A DNA stretch of 64,000 nucleotides from an uncultured bacterium (lineage in GTDB: Bacteria > Margulisbacteria > WOR-1 > CAVSGV01): NCBI GenBank assembly GCA_963768305.1, contig CAVYHE010000008.1:32001-96000 (forward strand). The letters run 5' to 3'. The translations under genes and the position numbers were made by a program. Position 1 is the first letter of the stretch; each line of letters begins with the position of its first letter. The notes below the pieces were generated by a model. It made no database searches. It saw nothing but the letters and a program-made list of their open reading frames with translations, and was not told the origin of the DNA. Positions 35,033-45,795 of the stretch are shown in pieces.

Positions 35033-35088
35033 TTTTCCTCCTTGTTTCCCTTGCCTCAATTACTCCTTTCCTTTATAATCACCTCACG

Positions 35089-35850
35089 ATGAGCAAGTTC
35101 AAAACCATAGTCGTCAAGATAGGCAGCTCCACCCTCACGAACAAAGCCGGCAACCTTGACACCGCCAATCTGAAGAGGATAGCGGCTGAAATATCGGAAA
35201 TGACCGCGTCAAAGAAAAAGGTCATCATTGTCACATCCGGCGCCATAGTTTCCGGAAGAGAGCGGCTGAATTTAAAGAAAATAAACGGCTCCATCCCCGA
35301 AAAACAGGCCGCCGCGGCTGTCGGCCAGAGCATATTGATGAGAGAATACGCCAAAGCTTTTGACGAACACGGTATCACCGTCGCCCAAATATTATTAACA
35401 AGGGACGAGATATCCAACAAGGCAAGGTCATTGAATACCAGCAACGCGCTCACAAAACTCCTTGAACTTGGAGTGATCCCTATCGTCAATGAGAACGATA
35501 CTGTTTCCGTGGAAGAAATAAAGATCGGTGATAACGACACATTATCCGCCCTGGTGGCAAGCCTTGTCGGCGCGGACCTTTTGATAATGTTGACCGATGT
35601 GGATGGTTTCATGATGGGATCCCGGGTTGTCCATGAAATAAAAGAGATCACAAAGGAAGTCATGGACGCGGCAGGCCATTCATCTTCCGATAAGGGTGTG
35701 GGCGGAATGGTGACAAAAATAAAGGCCGCCGAGATATGTTCCGGATCCGGCATCACCACCGCAATTGCGAACGGAAGGACCGCCGGTGTGATGGAGAAGA
35801 TAATTTCAGGCGAGCAAGTCGGGACTGTTTTCTTAAAAGGATCGAAATGA
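35089..35850 (+). CDS. proB: Glutamate 5-kinase (no PUA domain)
   Basis: VVKIGSS, NENDTV, GDNDTLSA, GGMVTK. Confidence 0.95.
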   Translation: MSKFKTIVVKIGSSTLTNKAGNLDTANLKRIAAEISEMTASKKKVIIVTSGAIVSGRERLNLKKINGSIPEKQAAAAVGQSILMREYAKAFDEHGITVAQILLTRDEISNKARSLNTSNALTKLLELGVIPIVNENDTVSVEEIKIGDNDTLSALVASLVGADLLIMLTDVDGFMMGSRVVHEIKEITKEVMDAAGHSSSDKGVGGMVTKIKAAEICSGSGITTAIANGRTAGVMEKIISGEQVGTVFLKGSK

Positions 35851-37094
35851 GCGAAGTTATAGAAAAAGCTAAAAAAGCGAAAGAAGCGTCCTTCAAGCTT
35901 GCTAACATAAGCACTGCGATAAAGAACAAGGCGCTCATCAACATGGCGAAAGCCATCTCCTCCGGCGCAAAAGACATAATAGAAGCGAACAAGCTGGACC
36001 TGGAGATCGCATACAAAAAAAACACCGGTTCGACAATGGTTGACCGGCTCGCTCTTGACGGAGGAAGGATAGACGATATCATCGAAAGCCTTAACATCGT
36101 GCGCGATCTTCCCGACCCTATCGGAAGAATAATCGCAAAATGGAGAAGACCGAACGGCCTCACGATAATGAAGAGACGGGTCCCGCTCGGGGTGATCGGC
36201 ATAGTTTATGAAGCGCGCCCGAATGTGACAGTTGATACCGCTTCGCTCTGCCTGAAAGCCGGCAACGCGGTAATTTTGAGAGGCGGATCTGATGCTATTA
36301 ACTCGAATCTTATACTTGCGAAGCTGATATCTGAAGCCGCCGTCAGCGCCGGCGTTCCAGATGGAGCTATCAGCATCATCGAGAACACAGAAAGGGAATC
36401 CGTGACTGAGCTTCTTTCGTTGAATAAATTCATCGACGTGATAATCCCCCGGGGCGGAGCCGGACTGATAAAACATACCATAGAAAACTCGACGATCCCC
36501 GTGATAGAGACCGGCGAAGGAAACTGCCACGCCTACGTGGAAAAGACAGCCGACCTGAAAAAAGCGGTGGAGATAGTTTACAACGCGAAAGTGAGCAGGC
36601 CTTCGGTCTGCAACGCCATAGAGACCCTGCTTGTGGACGAAGCTATCGCGAAAGAATTCCTGCCGATGGTTTTTGAGCGCCTTAAAGAAGCCCATGTGGA
36701 GCTGAGAGGCGACGCGGCGGCAAAAGCGATAGACCCGACGATAAAATCGGCGACGGAAGAAGACTGGAGAACGGAATACCTTGCGCTTATCCTGGCGGTA
36801 AAGGTAGTATCGGGTGTAGATGAAGCCGTGAAACATATCAACACTTACGGGACAAAACATTCTGAAACGATAATCACGCGCGACAGGAAAGCGGCGAAGA
36901 TATTTACGGATGAAGCGGATTCCGCCGCGGTTTACGTGAACGCGTCCACGCGGTTCACCGACGGCGGGGAATTCGGGTTCGGCGCCGAAATAGGCATATC
37001 CACGCAGAAACTCCACGCGAGAGGCCCCATGGGACTGAACGAATTAACATCATATAAATACATAGTGATCGGAAACGGTCAGGTCAGGAAATAA
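35847..37094 (+). CDS. proA: Gamma-glutamyl phosphate reductase
   Basis: CNAIETLL, NASTRFTDG, KLHARGPMG. Confidence 0.97.
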   Translation: MSEVIEKAKKAKEASFKLANISTAIKNKALINMAKAISSGAKDIIEANKLDLEIAYKKNTGSTMVDRLALDGGRIDDIIESLNIVRDLPDPIGRIIAKWRRPNGLTIMKRRVPLGVIGIVYEARPNVTVDTASLCLKAGNAVILRGGSDAINSNLILAKLISEAAVSAGVPDGAISIIENTERESVTELLSLNKFIDVIIPRGGAGLIKHTIENSTIPVIETGEGNCHAYVEKTADLKKAVEIVYNAKVSRPSVCNAIETLLVDEAIAKEFLPMVFERLKEAHVELRGDAAAKAIDPTIKSATEEDWRTEYLALILAVKVVSGVDEAVKHINTYGTKHSETIITRDRKAAKIFTDEADSAAVYVNASTRFTDGGEFGFGAEIGISTQKLHARGPMGLNELTSYKYIVIGNGQVRK

Positions 37095-37095
37095 C

Positions 37096-37713
37096 TTGCA
37101 GCGCATCGGAATAATGGGAGGCACTTTCAATCCCGTCCACAAGGGGCATATCGCCATAGCCGAAGCCGCGAAAAAGAATTTCTTCCTGGATAAAGTGATA
37201 TTTGTCCCTTCCGGCCATCCCCCTCACAAGACGCAGGAATACATAGCTCCGAAAGAGGACCGGTTCAAAATGGTGAAGTTGGCGATCGCCGGCAGAAAAG
37301 ATTTTTATATCTCCCGCGTTGAGATAGACAGGACAGGATATTCTTATGCCGTGGACACTTTCAAGGCTTTGAAAAAAGAGTACAAAGGGAAAGCCGTTCT
37401 CTACTATATAATGGGCATGGATTCCATAAACGAGATCCTCTCCTGGAAGAAGCCGCTGGAGCTGTTCAAGATATGCCAGTTCATAGTCGCGACAAGACAG
37501 GGCGCGAGGATAAGGACGATGAAGCGGATACTGAAATTCCCGCCGCTTAATTTGAACGCGAACAGCATTCACCTGATAGAGGTCAAAGCGGATGTTTCAT
37601 CCACAAAGATAAGGGATTCCATCAAAAAAGGAATGATCCCCGCAAAGTTGATGGACAGCAAGGTCGCCAACTACATAAAGAAGAATAAACTGTATGAATA
37701 TTCCGGAACATAA
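37096..37713 (+). CDS. nadD: Nicotinate-nucleotide adenylyltransferase
   Basis: GGTFNPVHKGH; VSSTKIR. Confidence 0.95.
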   Translation: MQRIGIMGGTFNPVHKGHIAIAEAAKKNFFLDKVIFVPSGHPPHKTQEYIAPKEDRFKMVKLAIAGRKDFYISRVEIDRTGYSYAVDTFKALKKEYKGKAVLYYIMGMDSINEILSWKKPLELFKICQFIVATRQGARIRTMKRILKFPPLNLNANSIHLIEVKADVSSTKIRDSIKKGMIPAKLMDSKVANYIKKNKLYEYSGT

Positions 37714-38950
37714 ACAAACGGTCCTGAAGAACGGCATAACACTTCTAACGGAGACCATGGAAGATGTCCGCTCCGTCGCGATGGGCATTATAGTTGGCGC
37801 GGGGTCGGGCCTGGAGCAGGACCCCATAGCCGGCATCTCGCATTTCATAGAGCATATGGCGTTCAAGGGGACATTGAAAAGATCGGCATTTGATATAGCG
37901 TCCGAGCTTGACGCGGTGGGCGGTAAAATGAACGCGTACACAAGCAAAGAGCTTACCACGTATTATGCCGTGACATTGGACAAACATATCAATATCGCCG
38001 CTGACGTTCTATCCGATATTTTCCTTAACTCCGTTTATGACGCCAAGGAAATGGAGCTGGAAAAAGGCGTTATCGTAGAGGAAATAAAAATGTACGAGGA
38101 CACCCCCGACGAGCTTATCCACGACTTTTTCATGGAAACTATCTTTCACGGGCATCCGCTGGGCAGGCCGACCATCGGGCATGAAGGAAGCGTCAGGTCC
38201 ATCGATAGGAAACAAATGCTTGATTACATAAAAGAAAATTACACTCCTGATAATGTGATCGTCGCGCTTGCAGGCAATATAGATCATCAAGATGCGGTGA
38301 AACTTATCGAGCCGGCGTTCTCGGTGATGAAAGGCAAGTTCCCTGCCTCAAAAAGGGTCCCGCCGACGATAAAGAAAGCCGTGAAATTGAAATATAAAAA
38401 GACCGAGCAGGTCCACATGTGCCTGGGAACAAAAGGCCCCTCCCAGACAGACGAGGACAGGTACGCTTTCTCGATACTTGATACGGTGCTGGGAGGGAGC
38501 ATGAGCTCCCGGCTGTTCCAGGAGATAAGGGAAAAAAGAGGGCTGGCATACGCGATATATTCGTACAACGGCGCGCTTAAAGACTGCGGGCTTTATGTTG
38601 TTTATGCCGGAACAAGCAAGGAAAATTTCCGCAAAGTCGTGGACCTGACCATCGAAGAGTTCAACAAGATAAAGAAGAGCGGGATAACAAAAGAGGAAAT
38701 GGAAAGGTCAAAGGAACATCTTAAGGGCTCGCTTGTCCTGGGGCTTGAATCCACATCGAGCAGGATGAGCTACCTGGCAAAGTCGCAGTTCTATTTCGGA
38801 AGGATAATAACTGTCGATGAGATATTCCGGAAAGTCGACAGCCTGACGCTGGATGATATAATGGCCGCGGCAAATAAATATCTGAAGGACGAATATCTGA
38901 CGCTCACCGCGATCGGAGATATTACGGAAAAGGAGATGCCGCAGGTATGA
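37694..38950 (+). CDS. M16 family zinc peptidase
   Basis: HFIEHMAFKGT; SRLFQEIREKRGLAY. Confidence 0.93.
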   Translation: MNIPEHKQTVLKNGITLLTETMEDVRSVAMGIIVGAGSGLEQDPIAGISHFIEHMAFKGTLKRSAFDIASELDAVGGKMNAYTSKELTTYYAVTLDKHINIAADVLSDIFLNSVYDAKEMELEKGVIVEEIKMYEDTPDELIHDFFMETIFHGHPLGRPTIGHEGSVRSIDRKQMLDYIKENYTPDNVIVALAGNIDHQDAVKLIEPAFSVMKGKFPASKRVPPTIKKAVKLKYKKTEQVHMCLGTKGPSQTDEDRYAFSILDTVLGGSMSSRLFQEIREKRGLAYAIYSYNGALKDCGLYVVYAGTSKENFRKVVDLTIEEFNKIKKSGITKEEMERSKEHLKGSLVLGLESTSSRMSYLAKSQFYFGRIITVDEIFRKVDSLTLDDIMAAANKYLKDEYLTLTAIGDITEKEMPQV

Positions 38951-39398
38951 GCGCAAGACCAAAGGTGAAAATATTGAGACTTCCGCACGGAGAGGGCGTT
39001 CCCCTTCCCAAATACATGAGCCACGCTGCTTCCGGAATGGACATTTATGCCGCAGTTGAAGGCGAATTGTGATGAAGCCGGGAGAGAGAAAGCTGATACC
39101 GACAGGGTTCAAAATGGCTTTGCCTGAGGGTTACGAAGCTCAGGTCCGCCCGAGGTCAGGTTTGGCAATAAAGAACGGGATCTCAGTTCTTAATACGCCG
39201 GGAACTATCGATGAGGATTACCGCGGCGAGGTGGGAGTTATACTGGTCAATCTTGGAAGCGAAGCGTTCACCGTAAAGCGCGGCGACCGCATAGCGCAGA
39301 TGGTGATAAAGAAAGTGGAACAGGCGGATATAGAGGAAGTTGAAAGCCTTTCCGAAACGCATCGAAGCTCTGGCGGATTCGGCCACACGGGGGTATAA
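38947..39398 (+). CDS. dut: dUTPase (frameshift near the N-terminus)
   Basis: [24 protein letters not shown]. Confidence 0.93.
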
Positions 39399-39405
39399 TT
39401 ACATC

Positions 39406-40206
39406 ATGATAAAAATATTGATAAGCGGCGCGGCGGGAAAAATGGGCAGCGAGGTCATAAAGGCGATCAAAAAAGAAAATGACATGAAGCTTGTCGCGGC
39501 CGTTGATATCGCGCAGGTCGGGATCGATGCGGGCGAGGACGCGGGAATAGGCCCGCTCGGAGTCGAGATATCAAAGGACCTGAAATCAGCGATAAGAGAC
39601 TCAAAACCCGATATTGCCATAGATTTCACGCATCCGAACATCGCAATGGCGAACGCAAAGATCATCCTTGAATCCGGCGTCCACGCGGTGATCGGCACGA
39701 CCGGATTGTCCGAGGATGACCTGGATGAGATAAAAAAACTATGCGCAAAGAACAAGGTAAACTGCATCGTGGCTCCCAATTTCGCGATCGGCGCAGTCCT
39801 TATGATGATGTTCTCGAAAACCGCCGCAAAATACATGCCGAACGTGGAAATAATCGAGATGCATCACGACAAAAAAGCGGATTCCCCTTCCGGAACGGCC
39901 ATCAAGACGGCTGAGTTGATACTTCAATCCGAAGCAGCGAAAGGTCTGAATAAAGGCAAAGTTTCTGAGATAGAGAAACTTGACGGCGCGAGCGGCGGGA
40001 GCCTGGACGGCATCCACATCCACAGCGTGCGGCTGCCGGGTTTTGTCGCATCCCAGGAAGTGATATTCGGCGGCTTGGGCCAGACGTTAAAGATAAGGCA
40101 CGACTCGATATCAAGGGAATCTTTCATGCCGGGCGTGATCATGGCCGTTAGAAAGATAAAGTCCCTGAACGGCCTTGTTTACGGACTCGAAAATCTGCTT
40201 TCATAG
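39406..40206 (+). CDS. dapB: 4-hydroxy-tetrahydrodipicolinate reductase
   Basis: GAAGKMG; EMHHDKKADSPSGTA. Confidence 0.96.
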   Translation: MIKILISGAAGKMGSEVIKAIKKENDMKLVAAVDIAQVGIDAGEDAGIGPLGVEISKDLKSAIRDSKPDIAIDFTHPNIAMANAKIILESGVHAVIGTTGLSEDDLDEIKKLCAKNKVNCIVAPNFAIGAVLMMMFSKTAAKYMPNVEIIEMHHDKKADSPSGTAIKTAELILQSEAAKGLNKGKVSEIEKLDGASGGSLDGIHIHSVRLPGFVASQEVIFGGLGQTLKIRHDSISRESFMPGVIMAVRKIKSLNGLVYGLENLLS

Positions 40207-40662
40207 ATGCCCCGCTATAAAAAGGTCCTATCTGAGAACCGCAAAGCTTTCTTCGATTACGCGATAATCGAAACTTATCAGGCAGGGATCTCTCTTAAAG
40301 GTACGGAAGTCAAATCGATAAGGATGGGAAAAGTTAATCTTAAGGACAGTTTTGCCCGCATCGACAAGGGCGAAATATGGCTTTACAACATGCACGTAAG
40401 CCCTTACGAACAGGGCGGGAGATACAACCTGAACCCCATAAGGGAGCGAAAGCTGCTCATGAACCGCAACGAAATGAACAAGCTTATCGGCCGCGTGCAA
40501 GAAAAAGGTTTAACTTTGATACCCCTTAAGCTATACTTGATGGACAACTGGGTGAAAGTGGACTTGCCCTCGCAAAGTCAAAAAAGCAGTTCGAAAAACG
40601 GGAGAAGATCAAGAAAAAAGAGACGGCAAGGGAGATGGAGAGGGCTTTATCGGCCCGCTTAA
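40207..40662 (+). CDS. smpB: SsrA-binding protein (frameshift near the C-terminus)
   Basis: [22 protein letters not shown]. Confidence 0.95.
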   Translation: MPRYKKVLSENRKAFFDYAIIETYQAGISLKGTEVKSIRMGKVNLKDSFARIDKGEIWLYNMHVSPYEQGGRYNLNPIRERKLLMNRNEMNKLIGRVQEKGLTLIPLKLYLMDNWVKVDLPSQSQKSSSKNGRRSRKKRRQGRWRGLYRPA

Positions 40663-40669
40663 AGAAAAA

Positions 40670-40866
40670 ATGAACGGAATAAATAAAACTTCAACTGCAC
40701 AGTCCGGGAAGCAATACACGATCAAGGACCTTGTGGATGCGACTAAAAACCATGCTGAATGACAATAATATTGTGCAAAAATTCCCCCAAGGAAAAACGG
40801 AATAAAGCCGTGAACGACCTTGCAATGATACTTGTCCGAAGCGCATTGGACAAAAAGAACATTTAG
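40670..40866 (+). CDS. Possible small hypothetical protein (frameshifted)
   Basis: MNGINKTSTAQSGKQYTIKDLVDAT... then AVNDLAMILVRSALDKKNI* in a shifted frame. Confidence 0.35.
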
Positions 40867-40923
40867 TTCCAAGTCTTGCCTTCGCTCATATTATTATATA
40901 TAATTCCCCCGAGGTAAAAAACA

Positions 40924-41382
40924 ATGGTGAACCAGATCCCGCCTTCAAAATTTACGCCGCCTGTCCCGCCGGTGCCGCCCAAAAAAGAGGGAAAGACCGA
41001 GGCTGAGGCAGTTCGTCCCGGCATGTCTCTTCCAAAAGGCGCCGAAAAAGGGATTTTAGCGCTTGATTCGCACGCGATGGCCGTGCGCTTTGCCGCTCTT
41101 GCCGCGGAAGCGAAAGAAAAAGAGCTTTCGATGGCGCAAATAATCGAGCGCGTGATCGAAGAAACGGGGATGACAAATCCCCAGGCCGCCATGGAAGAAG
41201 TGAACAAAAGGCTGCAGAAAGAGATAGACGCGGTTTTGGATGAAATAAAGAGCAATAAAGAGCTGATGGAAGAAGCGGAAGCCTGGGAAGCATTGGGCGA
41301 CCTTCTGGAAAGCAACCTGTCGCCCGAACAGGCGCAAGCCTTCGTTGCCCTCGTTGAAGATCACATTAAAGAGATGAAGTAA
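40924..41382 (+). CDS. Hypothetical helical protein with a Pro-rich N-terminus
   Basis: 152 aa; GAGG RBS; promoter-like TTGCCT...TATAAT upstream. Confidence 0.75.
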   Translation: MVNQIPPSKFTPPVPPVPPKKEGKTEAEAVRPGMSLPKGAEKGILALDSHAMAVRFAALAAEAKEKELSMAQIIERVIEETGMTNPQAAMEEVNKRLQKEIDAVLDEIKSNKELMEEAEAWEALGDLLESNLSPEQAQAFVALVEDHIKEMK

Positions 41383-41401
41383 ACTCAAGTTTCGAAGCTA
41401 T

Positions 41402-41759
41402 GGGGGTGTAAGGGTTTTGACGGGAAAGCGGATGCGGGGAACGCGAGCCAAGGATGACAATGACCTTGTAAAAATGTTGTCAAAACACAAACGCAAATCA
41501 ATTTGAATTTGCATTTGCTGCCTAATAAATAACGGCGGCATCGCCTCTTAAGTCCGTTCCGGTCGGGTTTGAGAAGGTGTTATAATACCGGATACTTTTC
41601 TGCCCTGTTTGCGGGACAGATAGGGAATTTTTTCACAGACTAACTTGAGATCCGCCCCGCCTAGGGCGAAGGCTCGGGTGAAAATCAATATTTAGGATAC
41701 GCTCGTAGTGGTCTCTGCCGAAACTTTTTCGGACGTGGGTTCGAATCCCACCACCTCCA
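41402..41759 (+). ncRNA. ssrA: tmRNA; tag reading frame ANQFEFAFAA* at 41493-41525
   Basis: 5' GGGGGTG...GAC; 3' GGACGTGGGTTCGAATCCCACCACCTCCA; Ala-ending tag; smpB nearby. Confidence 0.93.
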
Positions 41760-41945
41760 TTTATAATTCTAATTTTTGTTGTTCCAGTTAATATGGCGTA
41801 ACATAAAGTCCCACGTCCGGGGAAAAAGTGGGAGGCTCCGCCGAGCTTATCGAGGCGGAGGGAGAAAAAACGGGAGTTTTTTCTCCGGGGGAGCAGCCCC
41901 GAGCGAAGTCGAGGGGCGTTGAAGGGGGCGAAGCCCCCTCAAAGA

Positions 41946-41977
41946 GGACGGGGGTTCGACTCCGGTCACCTCCACCA
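41946..41977 (+). repeat. Degenerate duplicate of the tmRNA 3' end (att-like)
   Basis: GGACGGGGGTTCGACTCCGGTCACCTCCACCA compared with the tmRNA 3' end. Confidence 0.7.
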
Positions 41978-42050
41978 AACTATAGTTGCGCGCCCTGTTT
42001 TCGCTATAAGCCGGTTGCAAATCGCCTTCATGGGGGCATAATTCCGCCAA

Positions 42051-45000
42051 ATGTTCATGCAACACCTGACCATTTCTTTTATCTTGCTGGAGCTGCTGGA
42101 CTATATCACATCAGTTGCGTTCTTCTTTTTAGCGCTTTACATTTTACTGAGAAATCCGCGTTCCCCCCTCAACCGCGCCTATTTCTGGCTGATGGGCAGC
42201 TTTTTTGTCTGGAGCTTTCCGCTTTTCATCGTTCATAACCCTTATTCAACAGAAGGAACCACCACCCTGTTTTACAATATCAGCTCCATCGGCTGGGCCG
42301 CCTTTGCCGGCCTGTCGCTTTATGCCACCGTGATCTTTAGCGGGAATAAAGCTCTCAACCGCTTTAAACCCTTAGTCCTTATCCCCATCCCCTTCTTTAT
42401 CTTACTTCACTGGGCCGGTTACTTGTCCGGAAAACATGTTCTTCAATCCTGGGGCTGGTCATATAGTTGGGATTATTCGTTCTGGCCAGTCTTATTTTAT
42501 CTTTATTTCCTGGTTTTCATGGCGGCAACTTTTTATCTGTTGTACGTCCTCTGGCAGAAAGGCGAAACCAAGCTTATCAGGAACCAGGCTTCCATCATAT
42601 TACTTACCGGCATCATCTCCTTTGTCCCGGCATCACTAATTGATATAGTACTGCCCCTGTCCCGTATTTACTTTATACCTAATATCGGCCCTTCCTTCGT
42701 ATTGATCTTTGCCCTTGGCATAATCTACGCCATGACCCGGTTCCATTTTGCTATATCCGAGGAGGAGATCAAGGTCGAGGTGGAAAAGGCAACACAAAAG
42801 GAGCGGGAATTTTCTGATATTCTGGTCAAAACCGCCCAAGTTATCATTCTTGTTCTGGATCCCATGGGGAGGATAGTCAGCTTCAACCCGTACATGGAAA
42901 AGCTGAGCGGGTACAAGCTTGAAGAAGTAAAGGGCAAGGACTGGTTCTCGATATTCTTAAAAAAATACGATTACGACAAGCTCCGCGATCTTTTTAAAAA
43001 AGCCATCAGCAGTATCGAGACAAAAGGGAATGTAAATGTTATTTTGGCGAAGGACGGCCGGGAAGATCTATACCGAATGGTATGATAAGACATTGAAGGA
43101 TGGCGAAGGGAACGTGGTCGGCCTTATCTGCATCGGCCAGGATGTCACCGAGCGCAGGAAAACGGAGGATGAGCTGAAAGAGAGCGAGGCTAAATATCGC
43201 GCCATTGTGGACCAGTCTTTTGTAGGGATAGGGATCGCCAAAGGCAATCATGTCATATTTGCGAACAATGCTTTGTTGAAGATCTTCAATTACGATAACA
43301 TGGGAGAGTTTCTAAAATTCCTTTACTTGACCATGTTGCGCCGTCTTCACGTAAAACGATCGAAGATAAGATGAAGATGGCCGCCGAAGGAAAAACCATT
43401 GGCTCAGAATTTGATTATCAGATAATAGCCAAAGGGGGACAGGTCAAGACATTGCACATTGCCATCGCTCATGTGTCAATTGGAGGGGAGGTTTTCGCAT
43501 ATTCTTCTTTCCTGGACATCACCGAGCGAAAACAAGCGGAAGATGCATTGCGACAAACCAGTGAGAAGTTCGCCAAGATCTTTAATACCAGCCCGGATTC
43601 CATTACCATCACCCGGCTTTCCGACGGCAAATATCTGGAAGTGAACAAGAGCTTCACGGACACTACCGGCTTTACGCCTGAAGAAGTCCTGGGGCGATCG
43701 TCTCTGCCAGGCGGCGCAGCGCTTTGGACCAATAAGGAAGACCGTGATCGGATGGTGGCCGGTTTAACCTCGCGCGGTGAAGTTATCGGCATGGAAGCGC
43801 CGTTACACATGAAGAACGGCACAATCATTACCGCGCTGTTGTCCGCACGCGTTCTGGAGATCGACGGCAAAAAATGTATCCTGACGATAGCGCGGAACAT
43901 CACCGAGCGCAAGAAGCTGGATGAGCAATTAAGGGAAAACGAGGAGAAATATCGCACTCTGATCGAGAACGCAGGCGAAACGATCCTGGTGGCGCAGGAT
44001 GAGAAATTTAAATTCATTAACAGCAAGTCGCTCGATCTTATCGGATATAAACCCGAAGAATTGATCGGCAAACCATTCATCAACTATATATACCCGGAAG
44101 ACAGGAAGATGGTGGCGGAACGCTATGTCCAGCGCTTGAAGGGCGAAGAGCCGCCGAACAATTATTCTTTCCGCGTTATAAATAAAGCCGGCCAGAACAG
44201 ATGGGTGCAGATGAGCTCGGTGTGGATCGATTGGCAGGGGAAACCGGCAACGCTTAACTTTCTTACCGATATAACGGAAAGCAAGTTGAGCGAGATCGCG
44301 CTGAAAGAGTCCGAAGCCAGGTATAGACTGCTTTTCGATTCTTCGAACGATATTCTGGTGCAGATCGACAAGTCCATGAGGCTTACTGATATTAATTATA
44401 AGGCGGAAGAGATCAGCGGTTATAAAAATGAGGAGCTGGTCGGCAAGAGCATTAGCACCCTGGCGGATAAATTCACGCCGCAAAGTATAGCCGCGATGCT
44501 CGCCAACTTCGCTAAAAGAAAACTGGGTATCCCTGTCGGGCCCTACGAGGTTGAAGCATTCGACACCCACAGGAACAAATTATCTTTTGAGATCAATGCG
44601 GTTCCGCTCAAAGATAGCGCGGGCAAGGACATTGGCGAAATGGCTATCCTGCATGACATAACCGAACGGAAAAAGGCGGAGGAGCTGCTAGTAGAGAACG
44701 AAGAGAAATTCAGGAGCATTATTGAAAGCTCAAGCGACCAGATATTCATGCTGGATAAGGACAACAGGTTTTTGTTGATAAATAAGGCCTCTGCTTCTAT
44801 TTCCGGAAAGGCTCCTCAAGAGATGATCGGCAAGTCGATATTTGATATATTCCCGGAAAGTACCGCCGCCCAATTCTCAGAAAACACCAAGAAAGTGTTC
44901 GAGACAGGCAAGAGCTTTTCTTTGGATGAAACGATAACCATCCGGGGCCAAAAGTTTTACAGCAGCACCAAATTAAATCCTATCAGGGATGACAGGGGAA

Positions 45001-45795
45001 AAGTGACAGCGGTAACGGGGATAGTAAGGGATATCACCGATCACATAAAGGCCGAGGAAGAAAAACAAAAAGTAGCCGCGGCTGAAGTAGAGAAGAAGAG
45101 GATAAAAGAACTGCTTTCCATAATATCCCATGAGCTGCGCACCCCCTTGACCCCCATCATGGTCTACGCTTCCATGTTCTTGAAGGAAAAATACGGCAAA
45201 CTGGCCCCGAAATACCTGGAGACGGCCGATATCATCAAAAAAGAGAGCGAACACCTGCAGGGTGTAATACAGGATTTTCTGGATGCGGCGCATGTCGTGG
45301 GAAATGTCGCGATAAGGTTGAGCGAAAAACGGGTCTCCGTCAAGCCGATACTTGATGAATTGCTTTCCGTCATAGGGGACCAGTTCGAAGCAAAAGGGGA
45401 TCGGCGTTGAAGTTTCACTGCCGAAAGATCTTCCGCCTGTTTTCATCGATGCGGATAAAATAAGGACGGTATTTTCCAACCTTCTGCTGAACGCCCTGAA
45501 ATTCACCCCTAAAGGAGGCAAAGTGAAAGTGACCGGAGAAGTGCAGGGCAAGGATGTCCTTTTCCGCGTCATTGACAACGGGATAGGCGTTGCCCCCGAG
45601 AACCTGGAGAGGATATTTGATAAGTTCTTCCAGGTGGATTCATCCATGACGCGAACAGAGGGGGGCATGGGATTGGGACTGGCTATTGCCGACGAATTTG
45701 TTAAAATGCACGGAGGGATGATTTGGGCCGAGTCTGAGGGCCTGGGCAAAGGCACGCAGATCTGCTTTACCCTGCCGATTAAGGAGGAAAAATGA
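42051..45795 (+). CDS. Membrane-anchored multi-PAS sensor histidine kinase (split into four ORFs by frameshifts)
   Basis: 7TM-like N-terminus; repeated PAS/PAC ending in DITERK; SHELRTPL H-box; DNGIG and GMGLGL G-boxes. Confidence 0.88.

Noticed and set aside
35089..35850. ProB lacking the PUA domain as a novelty
   Set aside because: Short glutamate 5-kinases are well known.
35079..37016. 645-aa minus-strand ORF
   Set aside because: Antisense shadow of proB-proA with no recognisable domain.
41828..42238. ORFs across the hairpin array downstream of tmRNA
   Set aside because: Their composition reflects GC-rich stem-loops and they overlap the kinase promoter and start.
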